From a virus: a DNA stretch of 64,000 bases. The stretch is from IMG/VR virus record IMGVR_UViG_3300034102_002082, positions 1 through 64,000 of that record. One strand, given 5' to 3'. This document shows positions 17,563 to 27,415 of the stretch, one piece after another (position 1 is the first letter of the stretch; each line of letters starts with the position of its first letter). Under the pieces are notes generated by a model, which was given only the letters and a program-made list of their open reading frames with translations, had not been told where the DNA came from and made no database searches. The position numbers were made by a program, and so were the translations under genes.

Positions 17563-18636
17563 TTAATTTATTACTTTCCATTTTGTGTTTTTTAGTGCCG
17601 ATAAATCATTACCACCAGAGTAGCTAATTTGAGACTGGATTGCTTGTGTGAGTGTTTCATAATATTCTGAATAAGTTAGATGGTTACATTCTACTTCTGT
17701 AGATATACCTTCTACGTTTTTCACAACTTGTCCAGTTTTCTGTTTACATTCTGCACTGGCAGAACCATAATACTTTTTATAAAGTTTCGTTGTTAGTTGT
17801 GGTTCATAATCCTTTGATATATTATTCCAATAATATTCGTTATTCCTATGTACCATTTTTTCTACTAGATCACCAGGTGAATCCAAACATGCAGCGAATA
17901 TACTACCAGCCATTACCATCGGAATATTGATTGGATTTCTCCAGATAGGTCCTGTAAATTGATTTGAGGTAAATGCCACAATAGCCTTGGCAATATCTGC
18001 TGGTTCTCTTACTCCACCATCAATAATACACGGAATTCTCGCATATATTCCGGCTTCTATCGCAGCACTAAACATCGGAGAACCGAATCCTGTTGTTGGG
18101 AATGTACTACAGCCCTTTCCACAACTAAGACCAATCTTGAATGCATCAGCACCAGAATTCTGGATAAATTGCACGGAATCTCTGTCACCCCAAATATTAC
18201 CAGCGATTACTTTCGTATCTAATCGTTCTTTTATGAACTTGATCATATCAGCAACGGTATCACTGTAACCATTTGCTATATCTATTGTTACGAAATCTAC
18301 TCTACATTTGCTTTCAGATATATCACTAATTAGTTGTTTATCTTCGGACTTTACTCCGACAGAAATAGATACGATTGGCCAGCTTTCCGATCTTGCTCGC
18401 TGTACAAACTTCCTCGTATCTGAGAATCTGTGAAAGATATAAAACTGCCCACCGAATGATAATTGTTTAGCGATATCTTCGTTTAAAACAGATATCATAT
18501 TCGATGGGACTACTGGTAATTTAAACTTTTTTCCTAGGAATGTTATCTCCGTAGAACATTCCGATCTAGACGTTACTTTGCATTTGTTTGGTACCAAACA
18601 TATATCTTTGTAATTTAGTGCGATATTATTTTCCAT
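17563..18636 (-). CDS. guaC: GMP reductase (IMPDH/GMPR family)
   Basis: YKDICLVP, PVVPSNM, IDIANG, VIAGNI, KIGLSCGKGCST, IIDGGVR, MVMAGSIFA, YYGSAS, VEG, ISYSGG; no CBS domains. Confidence 0.85.
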   Translation of the reverse strand: MENNIALNYKDICLVPNKCKVTSRSECSTEITFLGKKFKLPVVPSNMISVLNEDIAKQLSFGGQFYIFHRFSDTRKFVQRARSESWPIVSISVGVKSEDKQLISDISESKCRVDFVTIDIANGYSDTVADMIKFIKERLDTKVIAGNIWGDRDSVQFIQNSGADAFKIGLSCGKGCSTFPTTGFGSPMFSAAIEAGIYARIPCIIDGGVREPADIAKAIVAFTSNQFTGPIWRNPINIPMVMAGSIFAACLDSPGDLVEKMVHRNNEYYWNNISKDYEPQLTTKLYKKYYGSASAECKQKTGQVVKNVEGISTEVECNHLTYSEYYETLTQAIQSQISYSGGNDLSALKNTKWKVIN

Positions 18637-18639
18637 GTT

Positions 18640-19089
18640 TTAAATTTTCTTCCCATCGTTCCATTTTTTCCAAAATTCTTTCATTGGTTTCTTTCTGCTT
18701 GCATTTGGGGTTGCTCTAAATTCTTTTAATTTTATTGTTTTTATCTCGTCGGTGTAGACGAATGACCATTCCGCCCAATAATCATTTTCTAAATTGTCAT
18801 CATGCGTAAGTATATAGAAATCTATTATTTCTGGAGTTGGTACCAGCACACACTCACCAGATTCTTCTATATGTCCACCGAACCTGCTATTAAGATCTTC
18901 CGTCCATCGATTAAGTCTTTTCGTTATTGACATATCTACATGCACATCATACACATACATACAATTTTCCAAACTTTTTGTTTGAAATTCCTGTAGGTAA
19001 ATGTATTCTATATCTATTTCATTACCAATATTATCTGGTAGCGGAAGATTTACTCCCCTATTTATTATTAATCTGTCGAATAAACCCAT
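18640..19089 (-). CDS. conserved phage protein
   Basis: MGLFD N-terminus and FQTKSLEN motif. Confidence 0.7.
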   Translation of the reverse strand: MGLFDRLIINRGVNLPLPDNIGNEIDIEYIYLQEFQTKSLENCMYVYDVHVDMSITKRLNRWTEDLNSRFGGHIEESGECVLVPTPEIIDFYILTHDDNLENDYWAEWSFVYTDEIKTIKLKEFRATPNASRKKPMKEFWKKWNDGKKI

Positions 19090-19122
19090 ATGATTGCAGT
19101 GTTTCAGAAGTTACCGAGATTG

Positions 19123-19575
19123 TCAACGATTAAATTTTAGTAATTTTTGTAAGATATCGTTATATTCCAACAGCAATATATCTTTAACATGCTGATGTAA
19201 CATATCCTTTGACAAATCCTGCTTTATCCTATCGAACCTATTCTGTAACAGACATACTTCTTTGTTATTTTTGAATTCCGGTAAAACTCCATTACTTGTT
19301 GTTTTTCTTTTATTTGTATATTCGTAAATTACTCTGCCGAATTTATCTACCTGCTGCGTCTTTTTATACCTATGCTCTTTTAATTTAATCGTGTCGAGAT
19401 TATTAAAGTCATCGCCCGTGACTGGTGATAACCAGTCGAATTTCTTATTTGGTTTCACCGACCGTATGATATATACGAAATTTGCAAGAAATATTGGGTC
19501 TTCTCGGATTATCTTTTTATTGAATTTCCCACCGATCAATATTGCTATGCCACTGCCTTTCTTCTTATTTTTCAT
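19123..19575 (-). CDS. hypothetical protein
   Basis: 150 aa; TTGACT promoter-like element upstream. Confidence 0.6.
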   Translation of the reverse strand: MKNKKKGSGIAILIGGKFNKKIIREDPIFLANFVYIIRSVKPNKKFDWLSPVTGDDFNNLDTIKLKEHRYKKTQQVDKFGRVIYEYTNKRKTTSNGVLPEFKNNKEVCLLQNRFDRIKQDLSKDMLHQHVKDILLLEYNDILQKLLKFNR

Positions 19576-19636
19576 CTAATCTACATATAACCACAAAAAA
19601 CCGAGAGTCAATCATAAAAGTTGCATATTTATAGAA

Positions 19637-20179
19637 ATGAAATATACAGATTTTTACAGTGAGTTATTAGAAATTAAGTCTCAACAAGATACACCAGAAT
19701 TCAAGAATTGGTTCAAAAATTCTAAAGTAGTTGACGATCAAGGGAATCCGCTTCGTGCGTATCATGGTACTAGCAAGGATAAAGACTTTTCTAAATTTAC
19801 TGAGAAACAGAATGGAATGTGGTTTACGAGTTCTCCAGAATCGGCATCGTCGTATGCAGATCAAAATGATAGCATGAAATCTACGTATGGTTATCGTGGA
19901 AATATCGAGCATATTAACACAGCATCAAGAGTTATTCCAGTATATTTATCTATCCAAAATCCAGCAATTAACTTAACGAAAGAACAAGAAGATAAATTGA
20001 GATATTCTGACAATTATACTAAAGCGCAGCGAGAAGTTTTCGCTGAATTAAAGGCGCAAGGACATGATGGTGTCGATATGGGTGGAGGAGTATATGTTGT
20101 ATTTAGACCAGAACAGATAAAATCTGCAATAGGAAACACCGGAAAATTTAATCCGTCAGATCAACATATACACAAATAA
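19637..20179 (+). CDS. ADP-ribosyltransferase-like (ART-PolyVal type) protein with N-terminal YxDFY tag
   Basis: FKNWF..SKVVD..GNPLRAYHGT, GMWFTSSPESASSYA, VIPVYL, GHDGV, VVFRPEQIKSA; starts MKYTDFYSELLE. Confidence 0.75.
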   Translation: MKYTDFYSELLEIKSQQDTPEFKNWFKNSKVVDDQGNPLRAYHGTSKDKDFSKFTEKQNGMWFTSSPESASSYADQNDSMKSTYGYRGNIEHINTASRVIPVYLSIQNPAINLTKEQEDKLRYSDNYTKAQREVFAELKAQGHDGVDMGGGVYVVFRPEQIKSAIGNTGKFNPSDQHIHK

Positions 20180-20196
20180 ATATCGGTATAGTAATT

Positions 20197-20529
20197 TTAC
20201 ACCAGCGTGATTAGGCTATTTAGATCATCGAGTATAGTATTACAGATATCCACCAATTTTTTTCTGTTTTCTATCTCAAAATTATGAATAATATATTCAT
20301 TGTCTGACATAGCTAATTTTGTCTCTTCTATCAATTGTATAAGTTCATCCAATCTATCTTTGTGAGATAGCTTTCTCTGCTTTCCGCTGAATATATCGAG
20401 TATCAGAGTTTCTTTCTTTTCCAGTATTACGTTTATTCTATCCATAGCTACTTCCGTTTCGCTCTTTGGAATCCAGAAAAATATAACCGATCTGATTATT
20501 CTATAAATTGAGAATGCGATATTCGACAT
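20197..20529 (-). CDS. hypothetical protein
   Basis: 110 aa, operon packing. Confidence 0.6.
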   Translation of the reverse strand: MSNIAFSIYRIIRSVIFFWIPKSETEVAMDRINVILEKKETLILDIFSGKQRKLSHKDRLDELIQLIEETKLAMSDNEYIIHNFEIENRKKLVDICNTILDDLNSLITLV

Positions 20530-20531
20530 AA

Positions 20532-21068
20532 TTATTTTCCTTTTCTGGTTGCTCTGAATTTTAGTTCTCCGTTTATTTGTTTAAAGTAGTAAATATCGGA
20601 TTTTTCTGGTATATACTTCGATATTAAAATATTAGTTTTGCTCTTGAAGTCATATCCCTTGAACACCGAATTAACAATTATTGGTTGTCCCATTTGGATA
20701 TCAAATACTGCTACCTTATTGTTTTCTAATTCTATATAAAAGAAGCAATCCGAAAGTGGATCTAGTGATGTCCATTCTGTCGGTAAATCTCTACCGGAAT
20801 AATCCTTATTTGTATTATCCTTATTTTGCTGCGGTTTCTTTCTATTATTTTTTCTCAATCCGAATGTTTCATCATGATCGTAATAATAAACTGTTACGTT
20901 ATCTCGTAGAGTGCTTAGTAACCCATCTACAATTGCTATAGAACCCCATTCGAGTGGGTTTCGCATATTCGTATCATACAAAATATAATTGCTGTTTTTA
21001 AGCCCTATACAGTAATATGTATCGATTCCTTTTTCTATCTTCTTAAAAGTTTTCGGTTTTCTTGCCAT
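20532..21068 (-). CDS. hypothetical protein, possibly two repeated domains
   Basis: YCIGLKNSNYILYDTNMRNPL vs FYIELENNKVAVFDIQMGQPI. Confidence 0.65.
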   Translation of the reverse strand: MARKPKTFKKIEKGIDTYYCIGLKNSNYILYDTNMRNPLEWGSIAIVDGLLSTLRDNVTVYYYDHDETFGLRKNNRKKPQQNKDNTNKDYSGRDLPTEWTSLDPLSDCFFYIELENNKVAVFDIQMGQPIIVNSVFKGYDFKSKTNILISKYIPEKSDIYYFKQINGELKFRATRKGK

Positions 21069-21316
21069 TACACTTTTTCTATTTCAAAATTTATGTTACA
21101 TTCCGACAATATTTTACCACCGATTTTACACTTATCCTCCGTACCGAAATATAGAACTGGATTTCTGTCAGATTCTATATCCGTTAATATTTTGTCCACT
21201 AGATTGGAATCTACGTCACCATCGTATAATCTAGATAGTGTCGCTATGATCGCCATGTCATTAATTAGTTCATTTTCGGTCGTTTTTACCACCAATGAGT
21301 AATTTTCGTTTTTCAT
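21068..21316 (-). CDS. hypothetical protein
   Basis: 82 aa; TTGACA-N17-TAGTGT upstream. Confidence 0.6.
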   Translation of the reverse strand: MKNENYSLVVKTTENELINDMAIIATLSRLYDGDVDSNLVDKILTDIESDRNPVLYFGTEDKCKIGGKILSECNINFEIEKV

Positions 21317-21340
21317 TACGAAAACACTAAATCTAAAAAA

Positions 21341-21727
21341 TTATTTTGTCAAGACATTTTTCTTGCTTTGTTCGTTTCTGGTGAAGAATTGCCATAACTT
21401 TGAACAGACAAGCTTTATCGAATCTCTATCCCTAGCTATGTCAAGACCTAATCCGTGATCGGTTATCTTCTTATTTAAGTTATTTGATATTGGGTTAGGT
21501 GTAGATTTCCCGTCGATTATATTGATAAATTCTATAATGGTCTTTCTCTGTGTGATAGGATCTTCTACCGAACTGTATAATATCGGTGAAATTATGTTAT
21601 TGAATATCTTTTTTTCTTTCGCATCCGTTAATGTTAATGCGAAATTTTTTAAATCATTCATCATTTCTGCTTCCCACAGAACTTCGGATAAACATTCTTT
21701 TATTAATTCTTGTAATTTATTCTTCAT
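21341..21727 (-). CDS. hypothetical protein with LIKECLxE leader
   Basis: MKNKLQELIKECLSEVL; ATATTTATA upstream. Confidence 0.65.
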   Translation of the reverse strand: MKNKLQELIKECLSEVLWEAEMMNDLKNFALTLTDAKEKKIFNNIISPILYSSVEDPITQRKTIIEFINIIDGKSTPNPISNNLNKKITDHGLGLDIARDRDSIKLVCSKLWQFFTRNEQSKKNVLTK

Positions 21728-21760
21728 AGTTATAAATATAGTCTATTTCCCAAATTAACA

Positions 21761-21795
21761 AAAAATCACAACCCATATTATAGGTTGTGATTTTT
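21761..21795 (-). terminator. intrinsic terminator (bidirectional form)
   Basis: AAAAATCACAACC-loop-GGTTGTGATTTTT. Confidence 0.75.
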
Positions 21796-21849
21796 GCTTA
21801 GGGTTCGGATTGAACCTCCACCAGATTATTTATTCAAATAATCAAAATT

Positions 21850-23097
21850 TTATTTGTAGCTTCTTGAGTATAATATACTGCAAAGACCAGAATCTTTATT
21901 CCAGACGAATCCTTGTGCTCGTTGCTTTGATCCGATATATCCGTGAGTATTGTGGTAATTATCATTTCCACTCAACGCCGGAATTATTCGGACTATACAT
22001 GAACCATCTTCTGTCGCAACGGCGCGTTCATGATGTAAATGCCCAATGTGTATTTCTCTATGCGAGCACTTACTCCAATATTCACATTCAGAAGCCATTA
22101 TCATAGGCAACTTCGCTATCTTTATCTTGTCACCGTGATCATATCCTATCAAGACATCGCCGTATTTCCTATATTTTCTCGGAGAAGGTAAATTGTCGAT
22201 ACTCACATTCTTGTCATTCTTATACCAACATTCGAGCGAATCACCAATATGATGCATTGAATTTGTTTCGTGATTTCCGGCAACAACTATAACATCAACT
22301 GGTGCTACAGTAGATAGGAAATCGATTGCCCATACTAATAGTTCCCTTCCCTCTTTGAATATTTTTGGAAATCTGCTATCAACAGACTGTGGAGTAAACT
22401 TAGTTGTTGTATTCTGTTCATTATCAATAGTCAAGTAATCATTCCCGACAGGAAATAGTATTTTTTCTATGTTATATGAGCGAGCGGAATAAACAATATC
22501 AGCAATAGATTCCTTGAATCTTTCTTTGGCAATCGAAATATCAAAATCACCACCATCTGATGGCTTCCAGCCTAATTTACCGAGATGCAAATCAAATGCA
22601 CAAACTTCCAACATAACCGACTCCAATGATGGGTCTATTGAGTAATTGTATTGTTTTTTGTTTGGTGAATAGTTGAGTAGATCTGCTTTCAAGTCAATTA
22701 TTATCTGGTTAGTTTCTACACTAACTTTTCTTTTAAATTCACCTTTTGCTTGGAAATTTTCTCCGTATGAATTACCAACAAACTTGATACATTCCCAAAT
22801 GTTGGTATCTATATCACACACCCTGATAAGATCCTCGATAGTTCTTATGTTGGATGTTGTTGATTCTGCTACACCAGCATCATTGGAATAGGTAAATGAT
22901 GCTTGTGTCTGTGGGAGTGTATTGATATCAAGTTCTCTAACGGATACACCCGGTGATGGTAACGACGCAAATATCTTATTGAACCAATTATTAGCTGCGG
23001 TCTTCTTATAACCCAACTTTCTAATTTCTCTTCGTATTTGTGTGTCGGTTAACTTCCCCTTTAGGGTTTTTATTTTTTGTATTTGTTTATTATCCAT
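21850..23097 (-). CDS. calcineurin-like metallophosphoesterase
   Basis: DLHLG, GND, GNHE, HGD, GHLHH motifs. Confidence 0.85.
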   Translation of the reverse strand: MDNKQIQKIKTLKGKLTDTQIRREIRKLGYKKTAANNWFNKIFASLPSPGVSVRELDINTLPQTQASFTYSNDAGVAESTTSNIRTIEDLIRVCDIDTNIWECIKFVGNSYGENFQAKGEFKRKVSVETNQIIIDLKADLLNYSPNKKQYNYSIDPSLESVMLEVCAFDLHLGKLGWKPSDGGDFDISIAKERFKESIADIVYSARSYNIEKILFPVGNDYLTIDNEQNTTTKFTPQSVDSRFPKIFKEGRELLVWAIDFLSTVAPVDVIVVAGNHETNSMHHIGDSLECWYKNDKNVSIDNLPSPRKYRKYGDVLIGYDHGDKIKIAKLPMIMASECEYWSKCSHREIHIGHLHHERAVATEDGSCIVRIIPALSGNDNYHNTHGYIGSKQRAQGFVWNKDSGLCSILYSRSYK

Positions 23098-23148
23098 ATA
23101 TTGGTATCAGTAAATTAGGTAATGGGTTATTTGTCAATCTATAATAAA

Positions 23149-23976
23149 TCAACCATGTAATAATTCTTTTTTGGTTTGTGACTCAGGAAACATCGATTCT
23201 GGTTTAGGTGGGGTGTACGTTCCCTCGATAACCTCAACGATATATTTTAAAATTCCACTTCTAACAATGTCCTCTTTTGTGAATGAGAAGCAATGTATTC
23301 CCTGATCTCTAGAAGATTGACTGTTGAATATATCAAACATACGCATGAAACCAGAATGTCCATTTATATCTGATTGCAATGGATCTCCCAATATCACGAA
23401 CTTGGAAAATTTGCCTATTCTTGTTATTACCGTAGTTAATTCCTTGAACGTAAGATTTTGTGCTTCATCGACAACAACAAATTTAGCGTTTATTGATGCT
23501 CCTCTAAGATAATTAACTGGTATGCCCTGCACCCGTTCTTCTTTTACCAATAAATCTATCTGTGCTTTCGGTAGTAATTCTTCTAGCTTATCGCGTAATG
23601 GCATCAAGAATGGTTCCATTTTATCATTAGCTTCACCCGGTAATGATCCTAGAGATTTTGATGCGCTTTCTGCTATACTTCTAACGTATACAATATCACT
23701 GATTGTCTTTTTATTCATCAGCTTCAATCCAGCATATATTGATGTGAATGATTTACTTGTTCCTGCTGGACCTTGTATAAAAACTACTTTTGTGTTTTTG
23801 TCTTCTATTAAATCTATTAATGATTTTTGTTTTTCGGTGAAATCGGTTCTTTCGTATATGTCTAAATTAAAGTTCAATTTTTCATTTTGGAATACTCGTG
23901 GACTCGTATCTTTCGTTTGATTTGGAGTTGCCGATACTACGATTCTCTTTTTCTTCTTTTCTTTTGTTTTGCTCAT
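23149..23976 (-). CDS. phoH: PhoH-like ATPase
   Basis: GPAGTSKS, LGSLPG, YLRGAS, VDEAQN, TRIG, GDPLQSD, DIVRS. Confidence 0.92.
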   Translation of the reverse strand: MSKTKEKKKKRIVVSATPNQTKDTSPRVFQNEKLNFNLDIYERTDFTEKQKSLIDLIEDKNTKVVFIQGPAGTSKSFTSIYAGLKLMNKKTISDIVYVRSIAESASKSLGSLPGEANDKMEPFLMPLRDKLEELLPKAQIDLLVKEERVQGIPVNYLRGASINAKFVVVDEAQNLTFKELTTVITRIGKFSKFVILGDPLQSDINGHSGFMRMFDIFNSQSSRDQGIHCFSFTKEDIVRSGILKYIVEVIEGTYTPPKPESMFPESQTKKELLHG

Positions 23977-23979
23977 GTT

Positions 23980-24315
23980 TTAGTTATATGTTGTTTTAAC
24001 GTTTCTAACAAAATTGATCATTTTATCCTTTATATTTTTTGCCTTCTGGCAACTTTCATATATCTCATTCTCAAGGAAATATGAGAATATATGTTCTAAT
24101 GTCTGCGTGTAGTCTTTTTCGTATAATATTACATAATATTCAGTTTTCCCGAAATTAAATAATTCAACACAATCCATATTATTGTCTATTGCATATCCTA
24201 TACGATCAAGTATATGATTCGTTAACTTTTCTCTATTGTCGTTTACGAATACTTCCATTTCCAAGTCTTCACTTGGTATTTTTATTACTTTTTCGGTTAT
24301 TTTTTTTATGGACAT
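23980..24315 (-). CDS. hypothetical protein with UvrB/C-like C-terminal motif
   Basis: YFLENEIYESCQKAKNIKD. Confidence 0.6.
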   Translation of the reverse strand: MSIKKITEKVIKIPSEDLEMEVFVNDNREKLTNHILDRIGYAIDNNMDCVELFNFGKTEYYVILYEKDYTQTLEHIFSYFLENEIYESCQKAKNIKDKMINFVRNVKTTYN

Positions 24316-24658
24316 CTTTTTTTGTTTTTTCTACTTCCATTAAACATTTACCCATCAAAGATACAAATCTTTCATTGGAATACAACCTAGATTCACCCAT
24401 TACATCTAATACAATATGCACTAACTCATGAAAATACGTTTCTATCAAATCTTCTTCGGTTATGAGAACTTGTTCAAGTATTTCTTTACCGTCTTCTTTT
24501 ATTCTTCTGGTTACATAACCAGTTTTTTGTAAACATATTAGTTTCTTCTCTGGATCGGCGTATCCATAGCAATTTCTATTTTCATACAATCCATCCATCA
24601 TTTCTACCTTATATTCATGCCCTATCAAATTGAATGATTTTGGTATTTTGAATTCCAC
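24269..24658 (-). CDS. HExxH zinc metallopeptidase-like protein
   Basis: IPKSFNLIGHEYKV, YG, ETYFHELVHIVLD, NERFV. Confidence 0.75.
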   Translation of the reverse strand: MEFKIPKSFNLIGHEYKVEMMDGLYENRNCYGYADPEKKLICLQKTGYVTRRIKEDGKEILEQVLITEEDLIETYFHELVHIVLDVMGESRLYSNERFVSLMGKCLMEVEKTKKDVHKKNNRKSNKNTK

Positions 24659-24705
24659 TATGAATAAGTATCCATCAAATACCGTTTTGGTTAATATTTA
24701 TTTTT

Positions 24706-24948
24706 ATGGAAATTAAATTATATGAAAGAATTATTAACTTTTTGTTTGCTCTCTTGATATGGGCGAAAGGTGGATTTAAATTTCCCGATACCGAAATTTT
24801 ACATACCAGAATAAGTATATGTATTTCTACTCCATGCGAAAAGTGGAATAAGAAAGCCTACTTTGGTTTCGGTGGATGCAATAAGTGCGGTTGCTCAAAA
24901 CTAAAACTATACTTAAAAACATCGGAGTGCCCATTGAAAAAATGGTAA
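24706..24948 (+). CDS. small Cys-rich zinc-binding protein, paralog of 14430..14669
   Basis: RISIC...CEKW...FGGCNKCGCS...ECPLKKW. Confidence 0.7.
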   Translation: MEIKLYERIINFLFALLIWAKGGFKFPDTEILHTRISICISTPCEKWNKKAYFGFGGCNKCGCSKLKLYLKTSECPLKKW

Positions 24949-24950
24949 TA

Positions 24951-24984
24951 AAAAGGCTAACTAAATATTGTATCTAGTTAGCCT
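24951..24984. terminator. hairpin between convergent genes
   Basis: AGGCTAACTA-loop-TAGTTAGCCT. Confidence 0.6.
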
Positions 24985-24992
24985 GTGTATTA

Positions 24993-25196
24993 TTATATCC
25001 TATCTCTGTATCTAACAGGTAGGATCTCTATCTTTGTCCCATCTGGAAATTGAGAGAGGATTCTCTCCCAATATTTTTTTTCCTGTATAGCATAATTATC
25101 TTTCTTATCTGTATACGTGGAATCTGATACTCTCGCACCTGACCTAAATACGGCATATAATATCGTATCTTCTTTATTTCTTATATTTTCTACCAT
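24993..25196 (-). CDS. small hypothetical protein
   Basis: 67 aa; YAVFRSGARVSD..Y. Confidence 0.6.
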   Translation of the reverse strand: MVENIRNKEDTILYAVFRSGARVSDSTYTDKKDNYAIQEKKYWERILSQFPDGTKIEILPVRYRDRI

Positions 25197-25256
25197 AATA
25201 TTAATAGTTATATATGTTAATGCGAATTTTCGACTGAAAATTTACTACGCAAATTT

Positions 25257-25427
25257 TTATCGTCGTCTCAGTAACGACAGTTCCTCGGATATTTCGTCTG
25301 TGGAAGGACACAGTATGTCGGCTATTTTATCTATTTTCCGCAAGTCTATTACTTCCCTGACCACTCTGGTGATCTTCTGTTTCCGATATTCTATAAATTT
25401 ATTTTTAATATTTGTATTTTTATCCAT
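25257..25427 (-). CDS. 56-aa protein not in the ORF track (MDKNTNIKNKFIEYRKQK...)
   Basis: hand translation; TTGACA element upstream. Confidence 0.45.
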   Translation of the reverse strand: MDKNTNIKNKFIEYRKQKITRVVREVIDLRKIDKIADILCPSTDEISEELSLLRRR

Positions 25428-25480
25428 GTGTTTAGAATTAACAATACAAATACACAGATATTTTCTTTTGTCAAATGAAA

Positions 25481-25684
25481 TTATTCGATAATCTTTTTTA
25501 TAATCAGTTTTTCTGGTAATATCGACTCATACGTGCCATAAATTTCACAAGAAAACATTATTTTTGTTGCTTTTTCTTTTCCGAATAACTCTATTAATTT
25601 TTTGTAAGTGTTATTAGAATCAAGAACTTGTGAGTCGTTATTTGTTTGTATATTAAATTTGCTATTTTTCATATCATGTCCCAT
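25481..25684 (-). CDS. small hypothetical protein
   Basis: 67 aa. Confidence 0.45.
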   Translation of the reverse strand: MGHDMKNSKFNIQTNNDSQVLDSNNTYKKLIELFGKEKATKIMFSCEIYGTYESILPEKLIIKKIIE

Positions 25685-27363
25685 GTTGGTAAATTGTATT
25701 GGTTAGAATTTCCGAATAAATATTCAACAATCATATCGGGAGAAACCATGATATAATTGTATTTTTTGTCGGTTCCGAATAAATGCATAACTTTAAGAAA
25801 ATGTTGAACGTCTTCGTATTCATTGTTCAATTCTATCGTCTTTTGCTCCATCGAATTATCGTAAGCTTCCATTTTCCCATTCTTCAAGTCTATTACCAAC
25901 GGTATGGCTAAATACTCATCTATCCATTCTTGTATCTGTTCTCTTGGTTTTCCCACATATTTTAAATGGCTAGGAAAATTTTTCTTGAGTAATCTTGAAA
26001 ATAATTGGTCTACGTTGGTCTTATTGGATTGCACTACAGATATTTCTGTTATTTTTCTATTTTCTGAAATAGTTACTACCAATTGTTTCATTTCAGAAAA
26101 GAATTTTTCCAATTCGCTATAATCAGTCTTCCTCACCCGTAAAGTAAATGTAACTCTAAGATAATACATATCTTGATTATAATCAAATTGTATATGGGTC
26201 AATTTCTTGTATTTATTCGACAACACGGAAGCAAGCGCATCTGCCTTCTCTTGAGAAAACCCCATTACGCCATCTCCACCAAGATCATATTCTATGTCGC
26301 CATCAATTATATCTGGTTCGCCGCTATTTACGGTTAATGATACATCCTCAATAGCTACACCAGTATTCTTAAGTTCTCTTCTAACATCGTTTATGTACTC
26401 GGTTATTTTCCCGTATAAGTTTATACCTTTCTTCGTTACTTCATCTTCTGAGTCATAATATCCACCAAGTTTAAAATATTTTTTACTTTTTATTTCTTTA
26501 TTTATGTTGTTATCTGCCCATTTTCGTAACTCATTTTTGAACTGTGAAATAGGTACCCCGTAAATTTTAGAAACATTATAATATATTTCATCACTACTGG
26601 ATAATGACGCGAACGGTTTTATTAAACATCTAGATATGGGTTTCTTTATATTGTTATCGTTATCTGTTATTAAATATGCGACAATTGTACCATCGGATAC
26701 TTCATCCTTAACATATTGAGCATTCGATCCTTTGATTGGTTTTGTATCGTCGTTCTTCCCCTTATATACTATTTTATCCGTACCTAGATTCATGCAACTT
26801 GTCCAATTCCTGTCGGTTGACATACCGGCAATGTCGTATGGGTGTCTACTTATCGCAATTTTTAATTTTTTCCCGAATATCTGGCGATATGGATCTTCAT
26901 TGAATACTTTCAATAACTCAGTTTCATTTGGTAGATATTTTTGTATTACTTTTCCGAGTTTATATGGTATTTTATTTCCGTTCTTATCCTTCTTTACTTC
27001 TCCTGTCTTGTTATCAACGAAGTAACAAACGTTATCGACATAATTTTTAAAACTACCAACGCTCATATCATCATCCGATGTAGAATTGCTCAATGTAAAA
27101 TATCCATCTTGTGTATTTGTATTATTTTGTAACAACCCTATCAATCTATGGTATGATGTTTCTGTTCTGTATCTGGTTATGACATAATCAACTAATTCCT
27201 GATTTATCGGAACATCAAATGGAATATATATTCTATGTTTTCCATTAAATACATGATCCAGCAACGTCTTATATTTTCCACCAGAAATTTTTGTGTATTG
27301 CTTTGCTGTAGAGAGTGGCAATGCCATTTCCACTATATCGGAGTAAAAATCTTTATATATCAT
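25669..27363 (-). CDS. large hypothetical protein with N-terminal YKDFY tag
   Basis: starts MIYKDFYSDIVE; ISRHPYDIAGMSTDRNWTSCM core; ATATTTATA upstream. Confidence 0.75.
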   Translation of the reverse strand: MIYKDFYSDIVEMALPLSTAKQYTKISGGKYKTLLDHVFNGKHRIYIPFDVPINQELVDYVITRYRTETSYHRLIGLLQNNTNTQDGYFTLSNSTSDDDMSVGSFKNYVDNVCYFVDNKTGEVKKDKNGNKIPYKLGKVIQKYLPNETELLKVFNEDPYRQIFGKKLKIAISRHPYDIAGMSTDRNWTSCMNLGTDKIVYKGKNDDTKPIKGSNAQYVKDEVSDGTIVAYLITDNDNNIKKPISRCLIKPFASLSSSDEIYYNVSKIYGVPISQFKNELRKWADNNINKEIKSKKYFKLGGYYDSEDEVTKKGINLYGKITEYINDVRRELKNTGVAIEDVSLTVNSGEPDIIDGDIEYDLGGDGVMGFSQEKADALASVLSNKYKKLTHIQFDYNQDMYYLRVTFTLRVRKTDYSELEKFFSEMKQLVVTISENRKITEISVVQSNKTNVDQLFSRLLKKNFPSHLKYVGKPREQIQEWIDEYLAIPLVIDLKNGKMEAYDNSMEQKTIELNNEYEDVQHFLKVMHLFGTDKKYNYIMVSPDMIVEYLFGNSNQYNLPTWDMI

Positions 27364-27415
27364 TATTACCATATAAATATATGTTTATTTTAATATGTGC
27401 AAATAATTATACAAT

